NCBI GenBank assembly: GCA_964422415.1
Contig: CAYRBI010000003.1
Span: forward strand, 10,607 to 74,606
From: an uncultured bacterium
GTDB taxonomy: Bacteria > Hinthialibacterota > Hinthialibacteria > OLB16
Reading direction: 5' to 3'
Length of the DNA stretch: 64,000 nt
This document shows, piece by piece, positions 1 through 10,359 of the stretch (the first letter of the stretch is position 1; the number at the start of each line of letters is the position of its first letter). Made by a program: the position numbers and the translations under genes. The notes beneath the pieces are model-generated. The model ran no database searches. It saw nothing but the letters and a program-made list of their open reading frames with translations, and was not told the DNA's origin.

Positions 1-173
1 ATATCTTCCTCGGAAACATGAATTCCATCCCCCTCGCATAGCCCCATCCAATTCCGCGAGGGTATGGGAATGGCCTTATCCGATGATAGAGACAGGGCGT
101 ATGACCTTACTTCCACCTGTTTCTCCATGGGAAGTTCCCGAACAAGTTTGATAATATCATCCATCACGGTCAT
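1..173 (-). CDS. hypothetical small protein (3' end runs off the window start)
   Basis: Minus-strand ATG at 171-173 with a GAGG-like RBS about 8 nt upstream. It reads MTVMDDIIKLVRELPMEKQVEVRSYALSL... without a stop to the window edge. It lies 92 bp downstream of folD on the same strand. Confidence 0.3.
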   Translation of the reverse strand, partial: MTVMDDIIKLVRELPMEKQVEVRSYALSLSSDKAIPIPSRNWMGLCEGDGIHVSEED

Positions 174-265
174 TCTGATTCACCTCTTCATAAAGAGGAT
201 AACGCCCAGAACAAAATCGTGAAAGAGAAAAAAGGCCATGTTTCAAAATATGGAGGATAAGGAAT

Positions 266-1135
266 CTATCCTACTGCTTTTCGCTCCGCCGAAAGCAAGG
301 TGTTCTTTAGAAGCATCGCAATGGTCATCGGGCCCACCCCGCCCGGTACCGGGGTGATCAGAGAGGCCCGCTGGGAAGCCTCCGCGAAAGCGACATCACC
401 CACCAGCTTCTGTTTGGTCATGCCCTCCACATCCATGCGGTTGATGCCCACATCAATTACCACCGCGCCGGGACGGATCCAGCTGCCTTGGATCATCTCC
501 GCCTTGCCGACCGCCGCGACCAGAATATCCGCGGAGTGACAGGCCACCTGCAAACGCTCGGTCCGCGAGTGACAGACCGTGACTGTGGCATGACGGTTGA
601 GGAGCAGCATGGCCATGGGTTTTCCCACCATGTTGCTGCGTCCCACCACCACCGCGCGCTTGCCCTTGATCTCCACCCCTTCCCTATCGAGCAGTTCGAG
701 AACTCCCGCGGGAGTGCATGAAACAAAACGGGGATTTCCTATAGCGAGCAGCCCGATGTTCTCGGGATGAAGCCCATCCACATCCTTCTCCGGAAGAACC
801 GCTTGGACCACCCGCTGTGCATCAATCCCGGCGGGAAGAGGTAATTGGACCAAGATCCCATCCAGGGTGTCATCGCGGTTGAGCTTTTCGACCTCGCCGA
901 TCACCTCTTCAGTGGTAACAGTCCCCGGCATGACGATTTCGACACTCTTGATTCCATTCTCTTGACAGGCCTTACCCTTCTTGGTCACATAGATCCGCGA
1001 GGCGGGATCATCTCCGGCCAAGATCACCCCGAGTCCGGGCTGACGGAAACGGGATGCAAGCGCTTCAGCGGCTTGACGGACCTCTTCGTGAATCACAGCG
1101 GCCCAACGCTTTCCATCGATGATTCTAGCTGGCAT
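266..1135 (-). CDS. folD: bifunctional methylenetetrahydrofolate dehydrogenase / methenyltetrahydrofolate cyclohydrolase
   Basis: 289-aa ORF with end-to-end FolD architecture: the N-terminal catalytic region (IYVTKKGKAC, DGILVQLPLP), the Rossmann segment VVVGRSNMVGKPMAMLL, and a C-terminal PVPGGVGPMT motif. Confidence 0.9.
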   Translation of the reverse strand: MPARIIDGKRWAAVIHEEVRQAAEALASRFRQPGLGVILAGDDPASRIYVTKKGKACQENGIKSVEIVMPGTVTTEEVIGEVEKLNRDDTLDGILVQLPLPAGIDAQRVVQAVLPEKDVDGLHPENIGLLAIGNPRFVSCTPAGVLELLDREGVEIKGKRAVVVGRSNMVGKPMAMLLLNRHATVTVCHSRTERLQVACHSADILVAAVGKAEMIQGSWIRPGAVVIDVGINRMDVEGMTKQKLVGDVAFAEASQRASLITPVPGGVGPMTIAMLLKNTLLSAERKAVG

Positions 1136-1430
1136 GAATCCAACAAGCTCCCCTCATTTGCAGGATGTGGATACAACAAGCCTGAACGTACAATCAGTGG
1201 GAGAGGACTGGAAGGGGGCTGGAGTTCCCGTTTCGTTCACTCTCGCTCTGGAGTTCACCTTTTCGTACACTTACAGAAATGCACAGCGAGGGGCCTGCGG
1301 GAAAAGTACACCTTTCCCGCCCCGTTTTAGCCGCATCCTGGGATGGTATGATCCTTGCGGCGACCCAAGAGAAGTAAGCCGCCGGTCAACACAAGAGAGT
1401 TACTGGGCGGAGTGAGAAGGAGCTTGGAAG

Positions 1431-2036
1431 ATGGCGAAGTGGACTCTACCGGTTTTATGTCTGGTGGGAATGGTTGTTTTGTTGTTACCGGAGTTCTTTT
1501 CTCAGTCAGTAATGAATGGTGGCATTCAACCCCCCGGGCCACCCCGGATGGACTGGCGGTTATCCATGATGGATCCGAATGGCGATGGCAGTGTCACCTT
1601 GGCGGAAGCGCAATCAGTGCGTCCCGAAATCACCGCCGAAGATTTCAAGATGCGTGACACCAATGGAGATGGGGTCTGGAACGCACAAGACCGCAGAGGC
1701 AGCTACCGGACCATGGCTGGCCGGCGGAGTATGGAGGAGGTCGACAAGAACTCTGATGGCAAGGTCACCCTGGAGGAATATGTGACCGCTTGCCAGGAGG
1801 AGTTCAAGACGTTGGATGTGGATTCCGATGGTGGGATTATCGAGGGTGAATGGCCCCGCCGGTTCTTTCCGGGACCGCCCCCGATGGCTGGTCTAGGACC
1901 TTGGGGACCGCCCCTTGAAGGTCCCCAGGCCGGCCCACCTCCTGGACCACCGCCAGGAGACGAGATGGAGAACCAGCCCCCAGCTGGCTTTCCACCGGGA
2001 GTAAAAGCAGCGGAGGAAAATCCGTCCACCCAATAG
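1431..2036 (+). CDS. secreted EF-hand calcium-binding protein with a Pro/Gly-rich C-terminal tail
   Basis: N-terminal hydrophobic signal-like segment. Four canonical 12-residue EF-hand loops are present (DPNGDGSVTLAE, DTNGDGVWNAQD, DKNSDGKVTLEE, DVDSDGGIIEGE). The C-terminus is low-complexity PPGPPPG. Confidence 0.7.
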   Translation: MAKWTLPVLCLVGMVVLLLPEFFSQSVMNGGIQPPGPPRMDWRLSMMDPNGDGSVTLAEAQSVRPEITAEDFKMRDTNGDGVWNAQDRRGSYRTMAGRRSMEEVDKNSDGKVTLEEYVTACQEEFKTLDVDSDGGIIEGEWPRRFFPGPPPMAGLGPWGPPLEGPQAGPPPGPPPGDEMENQPPAGFPPGVKAAEENPSTQ

Positions 2037-2043
2037 GCTCCCC

Positions 2044-2070
2044 TTCACTCCACTCTTGGCATGGAGTGAA
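2044..2070. terminator. stem-loop between convergent genes (possible bidirectional terminator)
   Basis: ttcactcca-ctcttggca-tggagtgaa forms an 8-9 bp perfect stem, 8 bp after the EF-hand gene stop and 28 bp before the stop of the converging minus-strand gene. There is no clear T-run. Confidence 0.35.
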
Positions 2071-2097
2071 TCCCGGCAGACCAGGTAGGGTTCTTTC

Positions 2098-3507
2098 TCA
2101 GCGTGCTCCCCGCATCAGGGTCAGGATGGTTCTGCAGATGATGGAGAAGTCCAGGAGAATCGACCAGTTCTTGATGTAGTAGAGGTCATACTGGAGTTTC
2201 TCTTTGGCCTCGCTCAGGCTGGCCGCGTATTTGTAACGGATCTGGGCCAAGCCAGTCAGTCCCGGGGGGGCTAGCAGACGGAAGTAGAAGGAGGGCAGCT
2301 CCCGCTCAATACGCTCCTGGATCTCCGGGCGTTCCGGACGTGGTCCAACAAAGGACATGTCCCCTTTCAGGATGTTGTAGAGCTGCGGAATCTCATCCAG
2401 ACGGGTTTTACGAAGGAAACCTCCCACTTTGGTCACGCGGGGATCTTTATCGGTGGCCCATTGTTCACCAGCTGGCTCGGCTCCCTCCACCATCGAACGG
2501 AATTTGTAGATCGTAAACTCCCGCCCGTACTGTCCATAGCGCTTCTGTGAATAAAGGACTGGTCCGGGGGAAGTAAATTTGACCAGGAACCAGATGAAGG
2601 GAAAAAGCGGCGCCGATAGAATCAATCCGGTTAAAGCAATACCCACATCCATGAGCCTCTTGGTCAGAACTGGGAACCGCCGGCTGATATTGACTTGCGA
2701 GGAAAAGAACCAGCTGTCATCGATATGATCCACCCGGATCTGTTCATAAAATTCCTCGAAGAAGCTGACTTCATCGATCAACACACACCCCAAGCTCAAC
2801 ACATCATAACAGTGTTGAAGCACCCCTGGTGTCCCCACCGCGCCCGCTCCAATAATGACCATATCGACCTGGTATTCCTTGCACACATGGGTCAGATTCT
2901 CCACACTTCCCAGATAGCCCCCATTCCCATTCTCCCCCGCTGTACAAAACCCGATGAAGGTGAATACGGAACGTTCCTGGCGGAGTTTCACCGCCAGCGT
3001 GGATTTATCCGGGGCTACGGAAACCAGGAGTACCTTCATGGGAAACCGCCGGATCAGGGAATGCACCACTACACGCGGGAGCAGGCCACCCACGAAAATA
3101 AAGATTCCGGTCAGGCCGAAAATCCAACGTCCCACCAGGCCAAACAACAAGACCGTAACCAGTAGCATGAATAACAAGATCGCGGTTACTGAAGCTTGGG
3201 CTTGAGCGAACCCATAATCATGGAAGCTTCTCAAGAAGCGTTTCTCATACAGGCCCGCCATCAAGCCGCCAATCACCACCGAGATCGCGATACACAGGTA
3301 TTGAGTCAGATCGGCGGAGGACCGGCCTGCTTGCGGTGACAACTGATAAGAGAGCCCTAGACTGACAATGGAGACAAGAAGATCGTAGGCAATCCAAATC
3401 GACGCCGGGATCTGGCAACCGATTCGAAACATGCTATTCGTGGTCTTACGCAAACCCAACAAGTCCTGCGCATCTTCAGGGATCTGTTGGGAGGGAGATA
3501 ATGCCAT
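2098..3507 (-). CDS. undecaprenyl-phosphate sugar phosphotransferase (bacterial sugar transferase family, WbaP/EpsB/WcaJ-like)
   Basis: 469 aa with N-terminal TM helices and a CoA-binding-like central domain. The C-terminal bacterial sugar transferase domain carries conserved blocks (KFRSM, [29 protein letters not shown]). Confidence 0.85.
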   Translation of the reverse strand: [469 protein letters not shown]

Positions 3508-3736
3508 ACACTTGTCCGGACCAGTGGCGGCCTGAAGTTCCGGGTTGCGTTTTCCGCTCAGAGGTGATTCAGGCTACAGCCGCTTTTTCTTTAAAAAAAA
3601 CCATCAGCAACCTTCTCTGGATGGGCCTGTATTCACTCAGCCATCATCCAGTAACGATTGCTCGTTGAACAGAAATACAGTACCAAAAAAAATGTTATAT
3701 GCCTCTCACCTACCCAGTGTCAACCCCGCCGGATAT

Positions 3737-4600
3737 TTATATCAATCCCTGGCTCCGGTAAAAGAAGAGCCCCAAGGATTCATATAAACAATTCCAAAAG
3801 ACTCCCCAACGGTACCGGTGTTCATTTAGCCGGGAAAGGTTGTTGTCGCGTTGCGGACAAGCACTCACCAGTGCGGAAACACCCGCCCGCTGGAAGACCG
3901 CTTTCGTGCGCCGGGTGTGGAGGGGAGAGGTGACCAGGATGATCTTCTTGCTTCCGCTCTTTTGGAGGTACTCGATGACCGCCCGGCTTTCATCAAAAGT
4001 ATTCTCGGAGGAGGCGGCGGTAACCAGATTGATTCCCACCAGGAGGGGTGCCAGATTGGCCCGGTCCAGTTCAGGAGTGGGTGCCCCGATAGCATAGGCC
4101 GCGGTGATGATAGTCGAGGCGTACCCCTTCTGGGCCAGTTCAATGCCTCGTAGCAGACGGTTCATGCCTTCATTGCTGAGGTAACCACTGTCGCTCACAT
4201 AGGTCCCCAACACCACAATTGCATCCGCTTTCTCCAATGGGTCATCCTCTATCAGGAAGTTGACCATGGTGGGTACCAACGGTGTGTAGATGACCACAAA
4301 GGTGAGTATGCACGCGGCACCGACCAAAAACCAAAGGATGACTCTCAGGCGAGTCAGGTAAAGCAGGCCGCTCAGTACCACCAGGGGGAAAAGGAGCCGA
4401 AAGGCATCAATCCCCTTGGATCCGAGCAGTGACGCGCCATAGGTGGGAATCAACAGGGTTGACAACACAGCTCCCTTGGTGAAGTGAAGCAGCCGGTCAT
4501 GCCAACGAGAGAATCCAAGCCGTATGGAACGAGACATAGCGAGAAGCGAGGATAGCCAATGATTCCGGATTTGGAAACAGAACTGGCCCAGGAGAACCAA
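3737..4600 (-). CDS. DUF218 (YdcF/ElyC/SanA-like) membrane-anchored protein
   Basis: 287 aa with N-terminal TM segments. DUF218 blocks are recognisable (ADAIVVLGT, SNEGMNRLLRGIELAQKGYASTII, ENTFDESRAVIEYL, KKIILVTSPLHTRR). It sits next to the sugar phosphotransferase gene. Confidence 0.6.
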   Translation of the reverse strand: MVLLGQFCFQIRNHWLSSLLAMSRSIRLGFSRWHDRLLHFTKGAVLSTLLIPTYGASLLGSKGIDAFRLLFPLVVLSGLLYLTRLRVILWFLVGAACILTFVVIYTPLVPTMVNFLIEDDPLEKADAIVVLGTYVSDSGYLSNEGMNRLLRGIELAQKGYASTIITAAYAIGAPTPELDRANLAPLLVGINLVTAASSENTFDESRAVIEYLQKSGSKKIILVTSPLHTRRTKAVFQRAGVSALVSACPQRDNNLSRLNEHRYRWGVFWNCLYESLGLFFYRSQGLI

Positions 4601-4664
4601 TCCCGGGCCAGTCTAGTTGACAATCCATTGTGAATGCAGCTCTCTGGAGATCCAGGAAGAAGGG

Positions 4665-6407
4665 TCAGGGCTTCTTGAGAGTCGCCATCGCCTCATCAGT
4701 TATTTTCTTTATCAAATCCTTGCGCGTGTCCTGGCTGCGTTCCGAAACAATCTGCCGGAAGAGAGGTTGGAACATCTCCTCGAAGGTTTTTACCCGTTCT
4801 GGTTCAAGTTGAACGACTTTAACAAGATCAACTCCTTTGTCGGTACGGAGTGGTTTTGGGGTCCAACTCCCCGGCATGAGTGTCTGCAAGGATTCCCACG
4901 TATTCACATCGAATCCGATTCCCTTGGCTAACCATTTGGTTTCGATCTTGAGGGGCCGCTTTTCTGACTCCGTAACCTTCACAAGCACCTCCGGCGAGGC
5001 GCCCTGGGTGACCTGGGCGAGAATCCCGGCCAGCTGTTTCTCGCCTTCACGATAGAGGAATTCGATCTGGGCGCGATTGACATCCTTTTGTTTGAGTTCC
5101 TCCATTGGGAAGGAGATGATCGTCATCAAGTAACGGTCGGTGATCCGGTACTTGTCCTTCCCCTTCTCGTAGACCGCACGGACTTCATCAGTGGTTGGTT
5201 TTGGCATGGCCGAGGTGAGACGATTCAGTTCCGTGGATAACCATGCTCCCGCGAGGACCGAATTCCGTTCAAAACATGCCCGGGCCTGTTCGGTGACACT
5301 GTTAATGTATCCGGCCTTCACAGCCTCCTCGTGGAGAATCTGCGGGAGCACAAACGCACGCCAGACCAGAGCGGCTGCCTCTTTCTTCTCCTTGGCCCGC
5401 ACCCATTCCCGTTTGCAGATATTATCCAGAAACTCCTGCAATTGCTCTCGAGAATAGTAGGTCTTTCCGACCCTTACCACCGACGTTGCGGATGGTACCT
5501 CGAGGTGCGCGCCAGGAAGCAACTGGACAAGACTGTCCTCGAAGATGTCATAACGGGACTTGTCATCCTGCAGGCTCTGGATGAAATCCTTGGCCCGCCG
5601 CATCTTGTTGGCATTATCGAGTTCCTGCCGAAGCGAGGAGACCGCCTTCTCAAACTCCATGGTGGTATCCCGAACACGATTCTCCAGACGTACGATCTCG
5701 AATCCATACCGGGTGGAGAACACCGGGCTGATCTCATTCACCTTGAGGCTCAAAGCAGTGTTTTTGATGATGGGCTGAAGCGGTTCATTCAACTTGAACG
5801 GACCCGCCACACGCCCCGGATCGCCCTTCACATCGGAGTATTTCTTAGCAACTTCAACAAAGCGGTCTGTCTCGACAATCCACGGCCGTTGCGGTTCTGT
5901 CCCCAGGTCCGCCAGAAGCTCCTTATGAGCTTGCTGGATCTTGGCTCTGACAGCCTCCACCTCGGCGGGAGACTTGCACTCGGTGGTGTCGGAAAAAATA
6001 TAGCGGAAACTAAAATTCCCCGGAGTCACATATTTCGAGAGCCGTTCATCATAGGCCTTATGGAGTTCTTCGGTGGTCACACTCACTGTCGAAGCTATCA
6101 AGTTTTCATAAAGCGGCTTTCCTCCCAGGCCTTGTTCGACCATCCACAACCGCCAACGGACCAAGGCTTCGTTTTGGAGGCCCAACTCAGTTGCTTTTTG
6201 AGCACCCAATCCATCCCGGGCTATCTGCTCAATCAAGGCCTCATCAGTCGTTCCCTCCGGCGAGGCTTGACGGGCACACAATAACTCAGCCTGGGTGATC
6301 TTCCCCCAAGCCCCCTCAGCCACCACCGGATCTTCCTGAGCGGCCACTCCCCACGAGGTCAACAATGCCATTAGGCAGAAGAGACACACACGCATGATCC
6401 TGTTCAC
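4665..6407 (-). CDS. SurA-like periplasmic chaperone / parvulin-type peptidyl-prolyl isomerase
   Basis: 580 aa with a cleavable signal peptide (LTSWGVAAQE). A PpiC/parvulin domain is present (FVEVAKKYSDVKGDPGRVAGPF...EISPVFSTRYGFEIVRLE), flanked by long helical chaperone-like regions. Confidence 0.65.
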   Translation of the reverse strand: MNRIMRVCLFCLMALLTSWGVAAQEDPVVAEGAWGKITQAELLCARQASPEGTTDEALIEQIARDGLGAQKATELGLQNEALVRWRLWMVEQGLGGKPLYENLIASTVSVTTEELHKAYDERLSKYVTPGNFSFRYIFSDTTECKSPAEVEAVRAKIQQAHKELLADLGTEPQRPWIVETDRFVEVAKKYSDVKGDPGRVAGPFKLNEPLQPIIKNTALSLKVNEISPVFSTRYGFEIVRLENRVRDTTMEFEKAVSSLRQELDNANKMRRAKDFIQSLQDDKSRYDIFEDSLVQLLPGAHLEVPSATSVVRVGKTYYSREQLQEFLDNICKREWVRAKEKKEAAALVWRAFVLPQILHEEAVKAGYINSVTEQARACFERNSVLAGAWLSTELNRLTSAMPKPTTDEVRAVYEKGKDKYRITDRYLMTIISFPMEELKQKDVNRAQIEFLYREGEKQLAGILAQVTQGASPEVLVKVTESEKRPLKIETKWLAKGIGFDVNTWESLQTLMPGSWTPKPLRTDKGVDLVKVVQLEPERVKTFEEMFQPLFRQIVSERSQDTRKDLIKKITDEAMATLKKP

Positions 6408-6799
6408 TCCTCGTAATCCTCCAAGCCCTCCAAAAGGCTTTCGACCTCCCGGAGGTTTTCAAAGTCCCTTTTCTGGGACATTAACTCCTTGGCCTTTAAT
6501 AATGACTCCCGGGCACGTTGCGGAACACCCATCTCCAGGCAACACTTCCCCACCTGGATGTGGACACGCATCCACGCCGGATTGACCGCCAGGCAGGCCT
6601 CATAATGAGGTAACGCCTGAGCATACTGTCCCGCCTCACAGAGCTCATTCGCCAACGAGAAATGGGCCAGCTCATTGGCGGGGTCCTGCTCAAGCGCTTT
6701 CCGGAACAACTCGATACGGCTGGATGGCATCAGTCTGCATTCCTTCAAGGAAAGCCCCAACACTCCCCTTCGGTATACCCGCTTGCCCAGGGAGATCAT
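6404..6799 (-). CDS. TPR-repeat protein
   Basis: 131 aa with tandem TPR-like helical pairs (AHFSLANELCEAGQYAQALPHYEACLAVNP...). Its stop overlaps the upstream gene start (ATGA). Confidence 0.5.
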   Translation of the reverse strand: MISLGKRVYRRGVLGLSLKECRLMPSSRIELFRKALEQDPANELAHFSLANELCEAGQYAQALPHYEACLAVNPAWMRVHIQVGKCCLEMGVPQRARESLLKAKELMSQKRDFENLREVESLLEGLEDYEE

Positions 6800-6817
6800 T
6801 GGGTTACTATTCTGTGG

Positions 6818-7726
6818 ATGGAACCCCCACGATTCAAGGTCACAGTCCCCGCCACAACGGCGAATTTGGGAGCCGGGCTTGATTGCCTGGGATTGGCCTT
6901 AACACTGTATAACGAAATCGAGATCTTTCCCTCCGAATCCCCTAGCCTAGTGGTGAAAGGGGAGGGATCAGAAGAATCCACCCCCAGCGTGAACCTCATC
7001 CAGAAGACCTTCGAATCATTCTTTCATCGCTTGGGAGAAGAACCCCCTTCAGTGGGAATCATCTGTACCAACCGGATCCCATTCGCGCAAGGTTTGGGAA
7101 GCTCGGCGGCGGCACGGATCGGGGCGCTGATGGCGGCCAACCATTGGCTCAATAACCGGTTGAGTCAGAGGGAGGTGTTGTATCTGGCGGCTGAAGATGA
7201 GGGCCATCCGGACAATGTGGCCGCCGCGCTCTATGGCGGGTTGGTGGTCTGTGGCGGAGCCAGCCCGGATCTGGTCGTGAAACAAGTCCGGCCCGCACCA
7301 GGAATCCGGGTGGTCTTACTCAGCCCCCAACACCCTCTCAAGACAGAGGTGGCCCGCCGGGTGCTTCCGGAATCGGTTCCCATTGTGGATGCGGTGTCTA
7401 ATCTCCAGAACACCGCACTCACCATCCTGGCTTTTATTACAGGTGATTACCAGATTCTTACGCGGTCCTTATCCGACCGGCTTCACCAACCTTACCGGCA
7501 ATCTCTGATGCCAGGCTTTAAGGAGGTTCTCGCCGAAGCATGTCAGGCGGGAGCCTACGGTGCAGCCCTCTCAGGCGCCGGCCCTACAGTGGCCGCCTTC
7601 ACACAGGGGCACGAGCCAGAGGTGGCCATGGCAATGACAGAGGCATTTATCCATGCGGGAATAGGTTCTTGCCGGACTCAGGTCTTGGATGTGGATTATT
7701 CGGGAACCCGGATCAGTATTTCCTGA
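6818..7726 (+). CDS. thrB: homoserine kinase
   Basis: GHMP-kinase motifs are present: ANLGAGLDCLGLAL near the N-terminus and PFAQGLGSSAAARIGA. The start is trimmed from the tracked ORF (6662) to the ATG at 6818 (MEPPRFKVTV), the position at which homoserine kinase homology begins. Confidence 0.85.
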   Translation: MEPPRFKVTVPATTANLGAGLDCLGLALTLYNEIEIFPSESPSLVVKGEGSEESTPSVNLIQKTFESFFHRLGEEPPSVGIICTNRIPFAQGLGSSAAARIGALMAANHWLNNRLSQREVLYLAAEDEGHPDNVAAALYGGLVVCGGASPDLVVKQVRPAPGIRVVLLSPQHPLKTEVARRVLPESVPIVDAVSNLQNTALTILAFITGDYQILTRSLSDRLHQPYRQSLMPGFKEVLAEACQAGAYGAALSGAGPTVAAFTQGHEPEVAMAMTEAFIHAGIGSCRTQVLDVDYSGTRISIS

Positions 7727-7974
7727 GATATTCTTCGCAGATGATGGCATTGGGGCGTTCCCGCCGGCGGCAGGCGCTCCCATAATTCAACTTGCAACTG
7801 TCACACAGAAAGGACTGCCCGCCGATCAGAGTCCTGAGGCGCGAGCGGAAACGTTTCCATTTGACTACGAACCAGTTCAACGGTGAACTCCCGGGTATGG
7901 GTGTCATGCCCCCCATGTGGAGCTCGACATGGGAGTGTTGGGCAATGTCTGGAATGTTAAGGAGGATGGAGTCA

Positions 7975-10359
7975 ATGTCCAAGTCCAATGTATTTCTTCC
8001 GGTTGTAGCCTGTCTCACCATCGTCATCACATGTGTGGTATTCCCATCCGGGATGGCAGCCCAATCCCAGACACCCCCTGCCGAAACCCTGGCCGGGATT
8101 GGCGCACGGTTATCACGGGAATCGACAGAAGCCTACGCCCAATGCCCATTCTCAGTCCTGTCCAAGGACTTCTTCTCGCGTTTCAGCCGGGACCCGGAGG
8201 CGCATGTGGAGACCGGCGAAGTGGAAATCACACCGGAATGGCGGATCGTGACAGTAAATCCTTCCAGTCTACTGGCTGGTCTGATGGCGGAACACTTAGC
8301 GGTCTTTCTGGATCAGCGGATGGGAGTCAAACTCACCATTTCCGCTGAAGATCCGGGAGTTGGCTCTGGAAGGAAACGCATCGTCCTTTCCGAATCCGGA
8401 GGGGGGACTCCCACCGTGCCCGGTTCGTTCACACTGCATGTCCAAGATGACCAGATCGAAATCAGCGGGATGGACCCGGAGGGACTCCGGGATGGAGTGG
8501 TCCGGCTGGTCCATGAGACCGGACTACGGGAGGCTCCTTTTGCCACCAAGGGAGAACAGATCTTCAGCCCACGCATTCCGGTCCGCCTGGGCTCGGTTCC
8601 TCAAATGGGTTCCTACCGGGACCTGGTGTTCATGGGATACAACACAGTCTTCGTGGGCGGCGGAAGTCTCTATGCCCTCTCAACCAGTAATGCCATCCCA
8701 GAACTCGTGGAACGGCGAAACCCGGGAAGCCTCGCAGCCACCCGCTCCGCTGTCACGGAGGCAAAGCGGTATGGCCTCAAGCCATACGCCTTTATCGACA
8801 TCCGCCAGAAGTTTCCCAAAGACCACCCTGTCTTTTTGAATCATCCGGAGATCCGTGGAACCCTGACCTGGAAGGCGGATGGAGAATATGTCCTCTGCAC
8901 CGAGCACCCTCTTGTAAAGCAATACTTAAGCGAGAGTGTGGAAGGATTGTTTCGTGAGGTGCCGGGGCTGGAGGGGATTACACTCATCATCGGAGGCGAG
9001 GGTTTCTACCATTGCTTCATGCGCCCGTATAATGTGGCCAAGGGGCACACCAACTGCCCGCGTTGTGAACCACTCGGCGCGGAAACCGTGGTCTCTAACC
9101 TGTGTAACACCCTCGCGGAAGCAGCACGCCGGGTGAATCCCCAGGCCCTTGTGATTGCTTGGCCGTACTCAGCGGAACATGTTTGGTCGAAAGACAAGGC
9201 CCAAGCTGGTTTCATCGAAAAGCTCAACCCGGGAACCGCCATCTTCACCGAGATTGAGAAGGATGAATATGTTGAGAAACCAGAAGGGGTACGGAAACAC
9301 CTTTGGGATTACAGTATCGACCTGATTGGCCCCGGAGAACGCGCCAAGCAGCAGATCGCGGCCTGCCAGACCCGGGGGATCCCCATCTTCCTCAAGAGCG
9401 AACCAGAGATCAGCTACGAGGCTCCCCGGCTGCCCCACATTCCTTGCATGGACCGCTGGGCCAGCCGCGCCGAGGCATTGGCATCATGTGGCGCGAGTGG
9501 GGCCTGGGTCTTCCCCGCTTTCAAACCCAATTATGGAACCAGCGCCGCCGAGCTCAACCGCTTCTTCTGGTGGAACCCCGTGGAGCCGGAAGATGAGATC
9601 CTGACCCGTCTCGCCCAGCGTATCGCGGGGAAAGCCGCCGGGCCTCATCTGCGGAAGGCCTGGGCGCTTGTGTCCGAGGCCATTCCCTTCTCTCCCGAGC
9701 TGCCCTCTTACTACACCGGCCCCTATTACCTCGGACCGGCCCACCCCATGTGTGCCGACCTGAAGGCCACCTTGCCGGAGGTCTTCTATGGATACTATCT
9801 GTTTATGGCGGAAATGACTGATAGCGAGGGAGTCAAACTGCGTCCCACCTTCGTCACCTCACCAACTGGGAATGTCCCTGTCTTTGGAGGGATGTACCGT
9901 AAGATGGAGGGACTTCTCGGCCAGGCGACGGCTGAACTCGATCAGGCTGAACCCCTGGTCGAACAACGTCACCAGCTCACCTTCCGTGCGGAGTCCTCAC
10001 CTCTTCGCTGGTTCTACCATACCGCCAGAACGGAAGCGAACTTTTATGAGTCCTGCCAACTGCGAGACCGTCTTGCCGCTCTCTCGGATGCGGGTGTGCC
10101 CTCCGGAACCCAAGCCATCGAGGCTGAACAGGCCTGGCGGAGGTGGAAGGATGTGCTGGAGAATGAGCTCGAAAACACGCAAGAAGCTCTTCCAATCATG
10201 GAAGCCGACATGCGGCTGGACTTCTATTTCGGAGGCGATCACACCTTTCCACATGGATCTGATATGCTAAAGGCGAAGCTGGAGATCCTACACAAGGAGG
10301 TTGAGGAGTATCTCCCGGGCATCGCTGGGAAGCTTGGGATTGGAGAGCGGAAAAAATGA
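7975..10359 (+). CDS. large secreted hypothetical protein (possible carbohydrate-active enzyme; not identified)
   Basis: Start moved to the ATG at 7975, which has a GGAGG 9 nt upstream and yields the signal-peptide-like N-terminus MSKSNVFLPVVACLTIVITCVVFPSGMAAQS. The ORF is about 795 aa and shows no recognisable family motif by eye. Its stop overlaps the start of the MntA-like gene. Confidence 0.6.
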   Translation: MSKSNVFLPVVACLTIVITCVVFPSGMAAQSQTPPAETLAGIGARLSRESTEAYAQCPFSVLSKDFFSRFSRDPEAHVETGEVEITPEWRIVTVNPSSLLAGLMAEHLAVFLDQRMGVKLTISAEDPGVGSGRKRIVLSESGGGTPTVPGSFTLHVQDDQIEISGMDPEGLRDGVVRLVHETGLREAPFATKGEQIFSPRIPVRLGSVPQMGSYRDLVFMGYNTVFVGGGSLYALSTSNAIPELVERRNPGSLAATRSAVTEAKRYGLKPYAFIDIRQKFPKDHPVFLNHPEIRGTLTWKADGEYVLCTEHPLVKQYLSESVEGLFREVPGLEGITLIIGGEGFYHCFMRPYNVAKGHTNCPRCEPLGAETVVSNLCNTLAEAARRVNPQALVIAWPYSAEHVWSKDKAQAGFIEKLNPGTAIFTEIEKDEYVEKPEGVRKHLWDYSIDLIGPGERAKQQIAACQTRGIPIFLKSEPEISYEAPRLPHIPCMDRWASRAEALASCGASGAWVFPAFKPNYGTSAAELNRFFWWNPVEPEDEILTRLAQRIAGKAAGPHLRKAWALVSEAIPFSPELPSYYTGPYYLGPAHPMCADLKATLPEVFYGYYLFMAEMTDSEGVKLRPTFVTSPTGNVPVFGGMYRKMEGLLGQATAELDQAEPLVEQRHQLTFRAESSPLRWFYHTARTEANFYESCQLRDRLAALSDAGVPSGTQAIEAEQAWRRWKDVLENELENTQEALPIMEADMRLDFYFGGDHTFPHGSDMLKAKLEILHKEVEEYLPGIAGKLGIGERKK

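Noticed and set aside
5331-6284. 317-aa plus-strand ORF inside the SurA-like gene region
   Set aside because: It is a shadow ORF. The minus-strand frame has the signal peptide and the parvulin motif.
7713-7916. Possible small Cys-containing ORF (CDSCK...C) on the minus strand between thrB and the large secreted protein gene
   Set aside because: It has no RBS and no recognisable family. It lies in a region where both strands are open by chance. It is kept only as a remote possibility.
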